A stretch of DNA of 61,652 nt, counting the filler, from Choristocarpus tenellus KU-1152 (lineage: Eukaryota > Protista > Phaeophyceae): NCBI GenBank assembly GCA_964200185.2. It is 12 parts of 12 records of this genome, joined end to end, with 100 filler letters (N's around TTAATTAATTAA, not from the genome) between each part and the next. Parts side by side here need not be neighbours in the genome. Positions count along the whole stretch, not along the records: positions 50,474 to 53,711 come from CAXNAD020021332.1; positions 53,812 to 57,713 come from CAXNAD020017238.1; positions 57,814 to 61,652 come from CAXNAD020017640.1; 9 more parts are not named here. One strand, written 5' to 3'. Position numbers and translations under genes: made by a program. Below the pieces are notes generated by a model. That model was not told where the DNA came from. It was given only the letters and a program-made list of their open reading frames with translations, and searched no databases. This document shows positions 51,281-61,652 of the stretch, one piece after another; the first letter of the stretch is position 1, and each line of letters opens with the position of its first letter.

Positions 51281-53615
51281 CTCTCTTCATCCCTTTGAAA
51301 GCAGCGCGCTGACAGGAAAAACGCCTCCGTCCAATGATCTTCATTCGAAACGCCTTCCTCTTTATCTGAAAAACAAAACAAAACAACACACAACCAAAAC
51401 ACGCCAGGTTTATGAACACATCATTGACAACGCCTTACACTACCAACTCCATAGAACACGTACCATTATATCAAACATAACTTGAAGCACATGTGCAAGA
51501 GTGTGAGAGCAAAATGTGCCTAAAAAAATAAAAAGTCCCCCCAACATGACCAATTTTTCTTATACCACCTAACCATTACCCTAACCCTAACCCTACACAG
51601 TTTCCAATGCATCCACCAGACAAGAGAGATCTCCTCTGTGCCACATGATAGGAAACGCAAATATGGTAGAAAATCTGCCATTAACATGCCACAGATTGTG
51701 GAGGTATCAACTGAATCTAAGCCCACGCACACAACATTGTCATGACCAAGCACACCTTTAATCTGGCTCAAACAATCAGTGGGGGGGGGGGGGGGGGTCT
51801 ACACCAGGGTGTCCATCCGTTTGGAGCCTGACCAGGTAAAGTACTTTTACATTATCCATCCGACGCATGCAACCAAATCACACAAAAATCGTGAAATGGA
51901 AAAAATTGGCCCTGAAAGGACAGCCACCCCCCCCAGATACTTTGAGCCACGTCTTGCATCAAACCCCAAACAATAAAACTAGTGAGTGTAACAAGTGCAA
52001 GATTAGAATAGAAGGTGGACCAATTGGAAGGATTTTGTTGGAGGAAAAATATGAAAATGTAAACTCCGCAGTTTCTTAAGAGCAGCACATTAGTACCTCT
52101 TTTGTGAATGTCAATATAAAGACAAAAAAAGGTACTCTTGGTGACATGTCTCCCGATGACTACCTCACCAAGACTCTCACATACACACTTCCACCTCCAC
52201 TGACAAAGAGGAATAAGGTTGGCTATTCAATACGTCAAGATTGTAGGGTATACCTCTTAACAGCATTATAACAGATCCACCACATACCATCAGTGGTTTC
52301 TTGCACAGTTACAATGCACTAAGGGACCAAACCCTAACCCTATACTCCAGTAAAAAAACCCAATGTTCATACAGAGTGGTACAGTGCCATCAATACAAAA
52401 AAAAAGAAATAGTGTACGTGCTCATTACTTTACTTTATCTCAAAGGTAAAAATAATGTATATACGAAGTCGATCATGACACGCCTCCCACAAAAATGGAA
52501 AGCCTCACTGTGAGGCATGTAATATTGTCAATGTCAATACGTACCCGCCCGAATAGTATAATAGTATAATAATATAATAGTATAAACTGACATTTTTTTT
52601 GTGTGTAATGTGTGTCTTCAATGAAGATCCACAAAAACGACGACTTCCTCCTTCCTCCCGCTACAAAAAGTAAAAATAAATAACATACTAAATAAAAACA
52701 ATGCGAGTCTGAGATCCGCACTTGAGCAAATAAAAAACATGTGTAAATACTGAGAACTCTTATCAACGAAATATCTTTTACCTAACCCTAACCCTAAGAA
52801 ATAAGGAGTGTGCCTAAATAGATAGGAGGTATGAATACAGCACCTTTAAGGATATTTACACTTCTTGATACAAATCCTAATCACCAACCCTAACCCTAAT
52901 GAGAACACCCTTATCTCCACTTTCATTTTTTTTTCTTTCCTCTCACCCCACACTACTCCATAAACTAAAGTACTAGATGACGTAACCAGTCCATCTTTAC
53001 TACATGCTCTTATTTTCAACCTACAATAGTCACAGCACTCACAACACCACCCCATAACATAAACAAAAAATATAGCCACATATCATGCAGGCGTACACAT
53101 ACAAAGCAGGATTAAAAAAAAAGAGTCTTGTTTAGTTTCGATTACTCTTTTTTTTTTTTTAAAGTCCTGTACTCCTAATGCATACACACAATGTACATGA
53201 AAAAAAAAATCTAACTCTAACCCTAACCTTAGAAAATAAAACCATAACAAAAAGTAGTTCCTCTGTTCCCCATCTGTTCACCAACATATCAGTTACAACA
53301 GCATCCTCCCTCATTCATTTAAATTGTTCCCTCTCACGTCCAGTTCCCTCTCACGTCCACCAGGGGAAGTATCCCAGCGTTTACCCAACACCTATCTGCA
53401 TGAAGACATACACTACTATTGTATAAACAGTCCTTCCACTAATAACACCAGGTACAAAAATCTTACTACAAACATCCCTGATCCCAACCTGCAACTCCCG
53501 TATCGCCTTCCAGCCTCGGAAAACCTTGCCCAGGAGGGACCACCTGGCATGGGCCTGAGCCCATAGTATAGTTACTCGAGAAACTGACCTAGCACGGTGG
53601 GACTCTACCCACCAG
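51281..53615 (-). CDS. Sfi1-repeat (centrin-binding) protein fragment, 2 exons
   Basis: Exons 53615-53489 and 51365-51281 join in phase. AQAHARWSLLGKVFRGWK fits the Sfi1 consensus Ax7LLx3Fx2W, and the next F (RAAFKGM) lies 33 residues later. Confidence 0.55.
51779..51948 (+). mobile_element. Sola2-like MITE subfamily B
   Basis: poly-G-tctacaccagggtgtccat...atgcaaccaaatcacacaaaaatcg...cccccagatactttgagcc. Confidence 0.8.
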
Positions 53616-54630
53616 CTATTGGGGGACAATGGGAGATGGGGGGGGGGGGGGGGGGGGAAGGGGAAAAAAAAAAAAAATGATTTTTTTTTTTTTTTTTTAA
53701 AACAGAAAAAANNNNNNNNNNNNNNNNNNNNNNNNNNNNNNNNNNNNNNNNNNNNTTAATTAATTAANNNNNNNNNNNNNNNNNNNNNNNNNNNNNNNNN
53801 NNNNNNNNNNNCGAGACCCCCACCGCCCCCCCCCCCCCCCCCCCCCCCAGATACTTTGACCCCCATCCCCTTGATAGTATTCAATGCGACAGAGGCAGTG
53901 CAGCCCGGGGCCCTGCCGGACATAATCAAAGCAAATCGCAATCTGAGCCAACCCCATCCCCTTAGTATTATGTAACCAAAAATGTTTGGGAAGGGATGAA
54001 AGAAAGGGAGTGGCAAGTGTCCAACATTTACACACCCACACCGCTCTGGGTGTACTGAATTTACGTTTTTGCTGTTTCTATGCTTATGTTTTAGGGTTAG
54101 GGGTTGACTTGTTCATCATATGCTGGCTCGGTTGAGGTGTTGATGGGGACTTGTTTGGACGTTGTGGGATCGGTGCCGAGAGAATTTTACGAGAAATTGG
54201 AACGGATGTGGGCGTATATATTATTGTTCTTTGAATTGGAACGGAGGCCTTGTCATTGGCCAAGCCTGTGTCGATGCGTTGCTCCGAAGAACCTCCTTTG
54301 GTAAGCACCGTGATGGTTGTGGTTGATGGTCATAACGTACGCAATTGCTCGTGGAACGTTCTAGAAGGTGTGGAATTACGGTTGTCTCAGGCTTTTGTTG
54401 GTAGTTGGTAGTTGAGCACAATGGCAGATTGTGCCGGCACCGCGCTCGGATTGCTGTCTGCAGTTGACAGCTTTTTTTTTTATTTTTATTTTTATTTTTA
54501 TTTTTATTTTTTTTACAGGTACGTTACGTACGTAGGTGTTTCGGTTCTCCCTCCAGTGGTGCAATTGTACTTGGCGCTCGTCGGTTGTCTCTTACGGATT
54601 TATGTCTCTTACGGATTTATGGGATTTCTA

Positions 54631-54678
<48 letters not shown>

Positions 54679-54746
54679 TCTTTGAGAACCTGTGCATGAT
54701 ATTGTATTGTCTTCTGTTAGATAGTCCTGACCCCTCCTACCCTTTT

Positions 54747-54785
54747 TAGGGTTAGGGTTAGGGTTAGGGTTAGGGTTAGGGTTAG
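54747..54785 (+). repeat. Interstitial telomere-type (TTAGGG)n array
   Basis: About 6 perfect units. Shorter (CCCTAA)/(TTAGGG) runs also occur at ~49012, 49803, 50771, 51578, 52781, 60856 and 61096. Confidence 0.9.
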
Positions 54786-54952
54786 CTTTGTGCCTCGATC
54801 CGCTAGTTCTGTTCTGGAAGCTCTGCTCAGTCATTACTACTGTGAATTCTTCCACAATTTGAATTGGCTTGTGTTTCCGTTGAAATATTTTCCTCCTAAT
54901 TTTTGTTTGTTTGTTCAGTATCTGGCCTTTAGTCGTCTTCCTTGCCCCCCCT

Positions 54953-55003
<51 letters not shown>

Positions 55004-55086
55004 CCCGCNNNNNNNNNNTTGTTTTTCTTTGTTTTTTTTCTTCCTCTTTTTTTTTTTTTTGTTTTTTGTCTCGCCTTTTCTCTCCT

Positions 55087-55126
<40 letters not shown>

Positions 55127-57073
55127 ACCCGATTACCTGCCCTTCTCGATTCTGCATGCCACCTTTCCCCCCTCTCTTTCACTCTTGCTTGCTTGATCCA
55201 ACGAATTGATGTCCCTTTTGCTGCCTATGTCCTATGTATACACATACACATATCATGTCCCTCTCCCCACAGTCAACACCCTTCTGTTTGGACTCATGAA
55301 CTGGATCTTCGGCCACATGTTGAAAAGTGGTAAAACCCCTTCCTTGGTATTGGCGGTGCAGGAATGTTTTTTCAAATGCGAGATTCAGGTGAATGTTAGA
55401 TTCACCTAGCAAGAGCCATCCACCAAGAGCCGGTGTGATCTCGTTTTCTTAGCCATCCACCATGCTTGATGGTTTCACTTACCGGATTTGAAGGAAATTG
55501 TTTGTCTGTGTGGCCTCCCTTCCCTAGCTTTCTACTTGCAGTTCACTTGTATTTTTTTGATTTTTTAATTTTTTTTTTGAGGCTTTGCAGGTCGTTCATT
55601 TGTATTTTTTTTTTGGGAGGGGGGGGAGGTGATTCATGTATATTGATGAATGAGATGTTACAAGGAAGCGAATGAGTTGCCTCTCAAATGGGATACGTTT
55701 CACAGAGCTCATGGTTTCTTCTGATATAGGTAGTTCCCTATGTGTTGAGTAAGAATAAAGCAGATAGGGACAGTCACACTACTCTTACACTTTGTCTACA
55801 CGGACTGATGTTGATGTTGTTGGATTTCATCTTTTGTGCTAGTGAGGTATGTCTTGGCTTGCAGTAGTTTTCAGGGGATGCCTCGGCTGGTTGGAAGTGG
55901 GAGATATGAGGGGATGCGCAGATAGCTGGTTTGTTGGAGATTTGGAATACTGAGTTTTTTTTAATAGCTCCATGTTGGCATTGTAGGGAAGGAAATACTG
56001 TGATGATTGAGGGGCTGCACTTCGAAACCACAGTACCCCTCTCAGCAGAACAGGAAGGAGGAAGTATTGAGGGATACAAGTAGAATTGAAACTGAAGGCG
56101 GCGGCGGACTGACTGAAGGTGTCTGAGGTCTCAACAATAAAGAACAAATAATCAATTGGCAACAGACTGATAGGCTACAAGGTAGACTAGGTAAAGCTTG
56201 CCCCCATGGTGAAGGATGGCACTATTCATATGAAATCGGGGAGTTCCTACTACAAGCAGGCAGGGCAGTTGTAACACATACGGGGGGGCAGGTGAGATTG
56301 CGTTTCATTTATTTCTGATTGTTTGCGCTTGTTTCCTCAAATGTAGAACCTTACGAGTGTTCCTCCCACTCAGTTTCGCCATATGCTCTATGAGCTGTCA
56401 CTGCCAATGTTTTGAGGTACTACTTAGGTGGATGAGGGCAAGGAGAGAATCCTTTATGGAGACTTGTTGTGGTTGGTAGATCAGATGACATAATATTGCC
56501 ATGTTGACAGAATGGTTATCTCTACACTTCTACTTGAAGCCTGAATCGACAAGTTGGTGACTTTGATCCTTCACAACATCTTGATACACCCTAACCCTAA
56601 CCCATAAAAATGCATGCGGGTTAACAAGAAAAGGTGTCACAGTGGGAATATATGTAGTACAACTTGTACAACGGATCCCTACGTGCGGATGATGAGGATG
56701 AATCACTGCCGGTCGAAATTGTTCCGTTTGATTTGTTGGATTAAAAAAAAATCATGTGGGCTTCTCGTGGCGCCACAGAGTGCTCCGGGGCTAACATTAT
56801 AAAATCCTTGTGAAAGTGAGTCTTATTTTTTTACTTGTCAGTAAGTGAACGAATGAATCGATATTCATCATCACGCGCAAATTTAATTGGGCGTCAAACC
56901 TGATGTCACTACCTTGGTTGTTGCATGTACAGTACCCTTGAGTAGACCATGCTGTGCAACACGTAGGTACATGACTACCTGCTGCTTCAAATTGTAATGG
57001 GACAATGAACCCTCCAAAGGTCCCTGAAGGCATGACCCAATCACATAATGACTACTTGCATTACCCAGGAAGG

Positions 57074-57251
57074 GGTTAGAAGTATTTGGGGGAGTGTGGC
57101 AGCGGTCCATTTGGGGCCCAGTTTCCATGTCGCGATTTTTGTGTGATTTGGCTGCACGCGTCGGATGGATAACGCAAGTGCACTTTTCCTGGCAGGGCCT
57201 GAATGGACATCCTTATGTAGACACCCCCCTCCCTCCCAGATACTTTGAGTC
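57074..57251 (-). mobile_element. Sola2-like MITE subfamily B, full copy
   Basis: ggttagaagtatttggggg...ggtccatttgggg...gtgtgatttggctgca...cccagatactttgagtc; reverse orientation of 51779-51948. Confidence 0.82.
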
Positions 57252-58530
57252 TGTTTACAAATGCCCTGCCAAGAAGGACCAGCAACCAAGAGATGCTTTG
57301 CTCGGAACTCGTTGTTCGTCTTTGCTAGAGCCATCTATGTTCGAAATGTTTCGGTTGTACTTACCAATATTTTTAAGCTATGGTGTTAATGGATGACATC
57401 ACCTTCCTTTCTTTACGTAAACATTTACGGTGTAATGGGCTTTGCTATTGTTAACACACAATTTCATCCAGACGCGTAGGAACAAGCATTTCCCATTTCC
57501 GTTTTTTTTTAGTAGTGCACTTGACTTCAGTAGAGAATATAAAAGACAAGGGTGGTCCGAATGTGTGGGTAAGTCAAAACTGTTCATACCTTCAAATGGC
57601 ATTCTCAGGTCATACGTACTTCGATAATCCTAGTTTTTCACAACATATATATATATATACTTTGAACTAGCTCTACACGTAAGACCCAGAGTATCTGGGG
57701 GGGGGGGGGCTACNNNNNNNNNNNNNNNNNNNNNNNNNNNNNNNNNNNNNNNNNNNNTTAATTAATTAANNNNNNNNNNNNNNNNNNNNNNNNNNNNNNN
57801 NNNNNNNNNNNNNGGGGGAGTCGTTGTCTCTGATGTTGGGATGGCTGTTGATGATTGAATGGAATGGGGACAAGGGAGGGAAGGCGGGGGGAAGGGGTAG
57901 AGGGAGGAATTTTTTTGTGATCCTTGGTCTTTGACACGGGGGAGTTTTGAAGGCGTTGTTCAGTGTACTCGGTATTGTGGTGTAGTTTGGGAGTGCAGTT
58001 GTGTGAGATAGGCCGGGGTAGGGGGTATTTGCTGTACATGAACTCTGGTCCTCTTTTTCGTGGGTAAGGCTGTGGTTCTCTGAGGCGCCAGAGCATGTTC
58101 TTGCCAAGCAAATATGTATTATTTATTTTTTAGCAAGGGGCGATACAATATCTCAGCAATAATGAAGATTGTTCCGATTTTTTTTACTTTTTAATAGTTC
58201 GTTGCATTACCTGTTCAACTTGAAGACTGAAAAAAGGGCAAGAAGAAGTGGTTATGGTGCCAAAGAGGCCTCTGGGAGGTTGGGTTGGGCGAGGTTGTCT
58301 TTGTAAGATCTCTTGCTTGGTGTGCTATCCTGCTGCCACAGCAGTAGCAGAGTGTGAACAATGGGGAACGGTCAGGGACTGGTGCTAACTTGAAGCAGGA
58401 GCTGTCTCTGTTGTCACCTACTCTGTGCAAATGGTGTTCAGAATCTTAGATTTGTTAACCATAAAGTTGTGACCCCTCGTACACCGCCTTCCTCTCCCTC
58501 CCGCAACCCCTCTCCCAACGCCTTCCCAAG

Positions 58531-60468
58531 GTTCGGACGGCGATCTTGGTATTCCTGCAGAAGGGGGCTTTGTGCAGGTAGATGTTGTGGGATGTGGTGG
58601 ACCTATTCTTTTTCGTAGATGAGGACAGGTGCATGTTCCTTCACCCCATTGTTGTACTTTGTGAAACAGCTACTCCTGCTCTTGGAGCTGCCTGAAAATA
58701 AGGAAGAGGGAGGTGTCAAGGGGTGGAATTAAAAAAAAGAAGTTTAATGCTTGAAGTTGGCGTTACAGTGTGTGTGTGGTTGGGTTTGTATGAATTTATG
58801 TCTAGCTTTTTGGGGGTTTTTATGCCTTTTTTCTGAACTCAGTTTTGCATTAATATGGTGGCTTTCTTGTGAATGTAGCTGCATACCTGGTATTACACAA
58901 CAGATGCACTAGAGTCTCAGTATCTGTTCTTTTCTTTTTTGAGGGATTTTTGTGGGGGGGGTTGTTTGAGGATGAAGGCGTTAAAAAGGGGTAGGGGTAG
59001 GGATTTCTTGCTTCTATGAACTGTATGTACCCAACAACAAATGATGCACATGAGAAAGCACTTTTCTTCATAACTGAGTGAAAGTATCTTAGAGGGTACG
59101 AGTTTTGCCCTGTTTGTCCATTTGGGGCTTGGCTTCCCACAGGTTTTTTATGACATTTTACCTACTCCGAAATGTTTTGGAGTAGGTAAAATGTATACGT
59201 TATGAAAGGTGTGTCCAGAATGAGGATAGTGGCACTTCCTAACAAACACAATAGCCAAAATTGCATCAAAACCGGAACATTGGTTTTTTGCCCCCAAACG
59301 AATGTGGCTCTACCCCCTAATAGATACTTTGACTCAACTATGACTGAGTGATACAAAATCATGAGCCACCAAGACATCCCAGTATGTTATTTCTTCTGCC
59401 CCCCAATAGAGGTATTGTGCAACATTTCTCCTCCCCCACCCCCACCCTTCCCCGCAGATGAACTCTTACACCCTACTTGCCTGCTTGCACTAAGGGCTTC
59501 AATGTTTTGACCTCCACTTAACTCTGTTTCTAACCCTTACCTTAACCCTTACTGCCATTGCTGTAACGTACGTCATGTCACTAAATATTACTAGGCTAAG
59601 AGTGGGGAGGTGACAGGGAGGGTACCGTCGTGTGCGGTGATAACTATCATGGGCTCATGCATGGACCTCTTGGGGGAGGGCAGGGAACCTGGTGCGCCTG
59701 CCATCCCTTACAAGTTAGTGCAAGGGGATTTGATTTAGGGTTCCTGGGTTGTTGAGCTTGCAAAGGACTTTGCTCTTATATAGTGGCTTACTGGCATGCA
59801 TCGGGAATATGTACTCGGCAATTGCTATGGATGATAGGTATTGTATTGTTTGGAAGGCGGGATGGACAGTAATGGAGAGTGTTGGAAGGGAGCGAGTGAG
59901 TGAGTGCCTTGGGGAAGGGGGAAGGGGGCAGTGCCTTTGTGTGAGGAGTTCGGGTCACTGTGATCATGGAGTGAAGGGAATGGTAAAGGGTGAGTCTGGC
60001 TTGTATGCGTTAGCTTTGTGTTGTTGGGTGCTGAAGGTCTATTTTGTGTGTGTGTGTGTGTGTGTGCCTTTTGGCTCCTTCAAGCTAACAATGTATCCCA
60101 AAGAACGTGCGTTCAGTACGCACGATTGCGCAACAGGAGAAGGTTTGAGAGGGGGAACCTATTGCTGAAAAAAAAATGTCTTCAAAAATGTTTTTTTGTT
60201 TTTACAGTGGAACTTTATTCGCTGAATGGAAAAAAGTACTTTTGATGGAGTTTGTAAAATTTTGCGCGGCGCATTGCTTGCTCTGGCGGGCGGCCCGGCT
60301 CTTCCCCCCCCCCCCCTTCTGTCCTCACTGCTGCTCCCCAGGTGTCATAATCGCTGGAATCAGTTCTTCTCATTTGGGAGTGGGGTCCTTGAGGGTCACA
60401 TCCTGTCTTTCATCCCCAAGCACCTGGTCATGGTCTCGGAGATGAAGGAGGACGTGCTTTGCTTGGAG
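58531..60468 (+). CDS. Putative exons of an unidentified protein
   Basis: Strong splice signals and phase match for 58531-58577 + 60342-60468: VRTAILVFLQKGALCRCHNRWNQFFSFGSGVLEGHILSFIPKHLVMVSEMKEDVLCLE. No family recognised. Confidence 0.35.
59076..59335 (-). mobile_element. Sola2-like MITE subfamily A, full copy
   Basis: gagtgaaagtatcttagagggta ... tagatactttgactc with perfect 4-bp TSD AACT (59072-59075 and 59336-59339). Confidence 0.92.
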
Positions 60469-61652
60469 GTGAGTGTGTGGGGCTCTTTTGGTGGAGTGGT
60501 GGTGTTGTTGGGTTAGTGAGGTCATGTTCGTTTGATGAACGTTTTGGCATTAGACAACTAACTGCAATGGGAGGATGGAGGTGGAGTGAGAGAAGGGTCC
60601 AGGAACAGTCCCGAGGAGAAACGCCAGGATTGAGATGGCTCCTCGGGTAGGTGGTTGCTACGAGTGAGTGGGATGATGGATGGCGTATGTTTTTTTTTTG
60701 TGGATAAAGGTGTCTTTCTAGCCTTGATTTTGTTAGAACGTTGAGCTTACCCACTCTGCGGTACCACTGGGGGCAGGCAGTCGTGTATCTCGATTTTTTT
60801 TTTGTTGGTGTGAGAAACTGCTGTTGTATCCTGATGGTCCGACGCTAAAAGTTTGAGTTAGGGTTGCGGTTGGGGTTAGGGTTAGGGAGTATTGCTGATG
60901 TTTTGATGTGGGTGGGGACCCTCGGCTTCGTGGCTTGTAGCTGAACGTTTCTGCAGGAGTTGTAGTGGAGAAGACTTTTGAGATATTTTGTGCCACTCGT
61001 CTCCTTGGGATGAAGTTACTGGTGTAACATGGTGGACAGGATGAAGTGTAGTATTGGGTGGTGTTGATGTGAGAAAAGGAAAGGTGTGGGGGGCAACCCT
61101 AACCCTAGCCTTAACCCTAGCCTTAACCCTAACCCTCATCCTAATCCTACCTTGACCTGTAGAGTGATGCATGAAGGAGAGGGGCATGGCTACTCTCCAC
61201 TCCTCATTTCGTTCATCATCTCCTTTTAACTCCATCCTCCTTTGTCCATTGTACACGACCATCTCTGCGTGAAGGTTATTGTCCCACAATCCCTAACCCT
61301 ACTGTCAATGCATGTGATTATCTAGACTGTTTTGGATGCTAGGAAGGAGAAGAAGGTGGTCAGGACTGCAGTGTGTGATCCCAGCAGGTGAAGAACCCTC
61401 ACAGGGTGGGGTTTGTGCCTGAGCTTGTTAGTTTCATTTGAGTGTTATTGGAGTGTTTTTCTAGTGTGACCTCTAGATCATGTGTTGTGTTGGTAAGGGA
61501 GGAAGATTACAAAATAGTTTTATAACGATCCAGCGACAAGATAATGCTTTTTAGATTTTTTTATTCAAGAGAGGAGATTCTGATTGTATCAATGTAATCA
61601 CAGACTGAGGAATTGTTTCAGGGGGGGGAAGGGAGGGGAGGGGGAGGGGGGG

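Noticed and set aside
20485-53615. Apparent cluster of cilia/centriole genes (BART, Tctex2b, Sfi1-like)
   Set aside because: The genes lie on different contigs separated by artificial spacers, so there is no evidence of linkage.
54628-55333. Poly-Pro/poly-Gly ORFs (extensin- or formin-like)
   Set aside because: They are translations of poly-C homopolymers and low-quality sequence around a 10-N gap.
8318-57812. Recurring TTAATTAATTAA palindrome as a biological motif or CRISPR-like repeat
   Set aside because: It is always embedded in N runs, so it is a six-frame-stop linker added when contigs were concatenated.

Overview
This is intron-rich eukaryotic nuclear DNA. It is not one locus: about 12 short contigs are concatenated with an artificial N-TTAATTAATTAA-N spacer (11 spacers), so adjacency across spacers has no biological meaning. 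The gene content suggests a flagellated photosynthetic stramenopile, possibly a brown alga or relative (inference from flagellar and centriolar genes, a signal-peptide + A|F plastid-type PPR protein, and abundant interstitial TTAGGG). Hand-spliced genes with consistent exon phases are: a non-RD protein kinase (partial), a BART/CFAP36-like protein with a GC-AG intron, a PPR protein (partial) head-to-head with a complete Tctex-type dynein light chain, a complete DcpS scavenger decapping enzyme with an N-terminal hydrophobic segment, an RBM39/CAPER-like fragment, and an Sfi1-repeat fragment. The intergenic and intronic DNA is dominated by non-autonomous DNA transposons. These include Sola2-like MITEs (G-initiated 14-bp TIR, 4-bp TSD, at least 2 subfamilies, present at many contig breaks), a long fold-back MITE family, and degenerate LINE, Tc1/IS630-like and possibly CACTA-like transposase remnants. 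The best novelty candidates are an orphan protein with three ~43-aa FVPFYxRPTC repeats and a decayed AT-rich ORF that appears to encode two tandem Hint (Hedgehog/intein-like) domains. Both are by-eye calls that need HMM confirmation.
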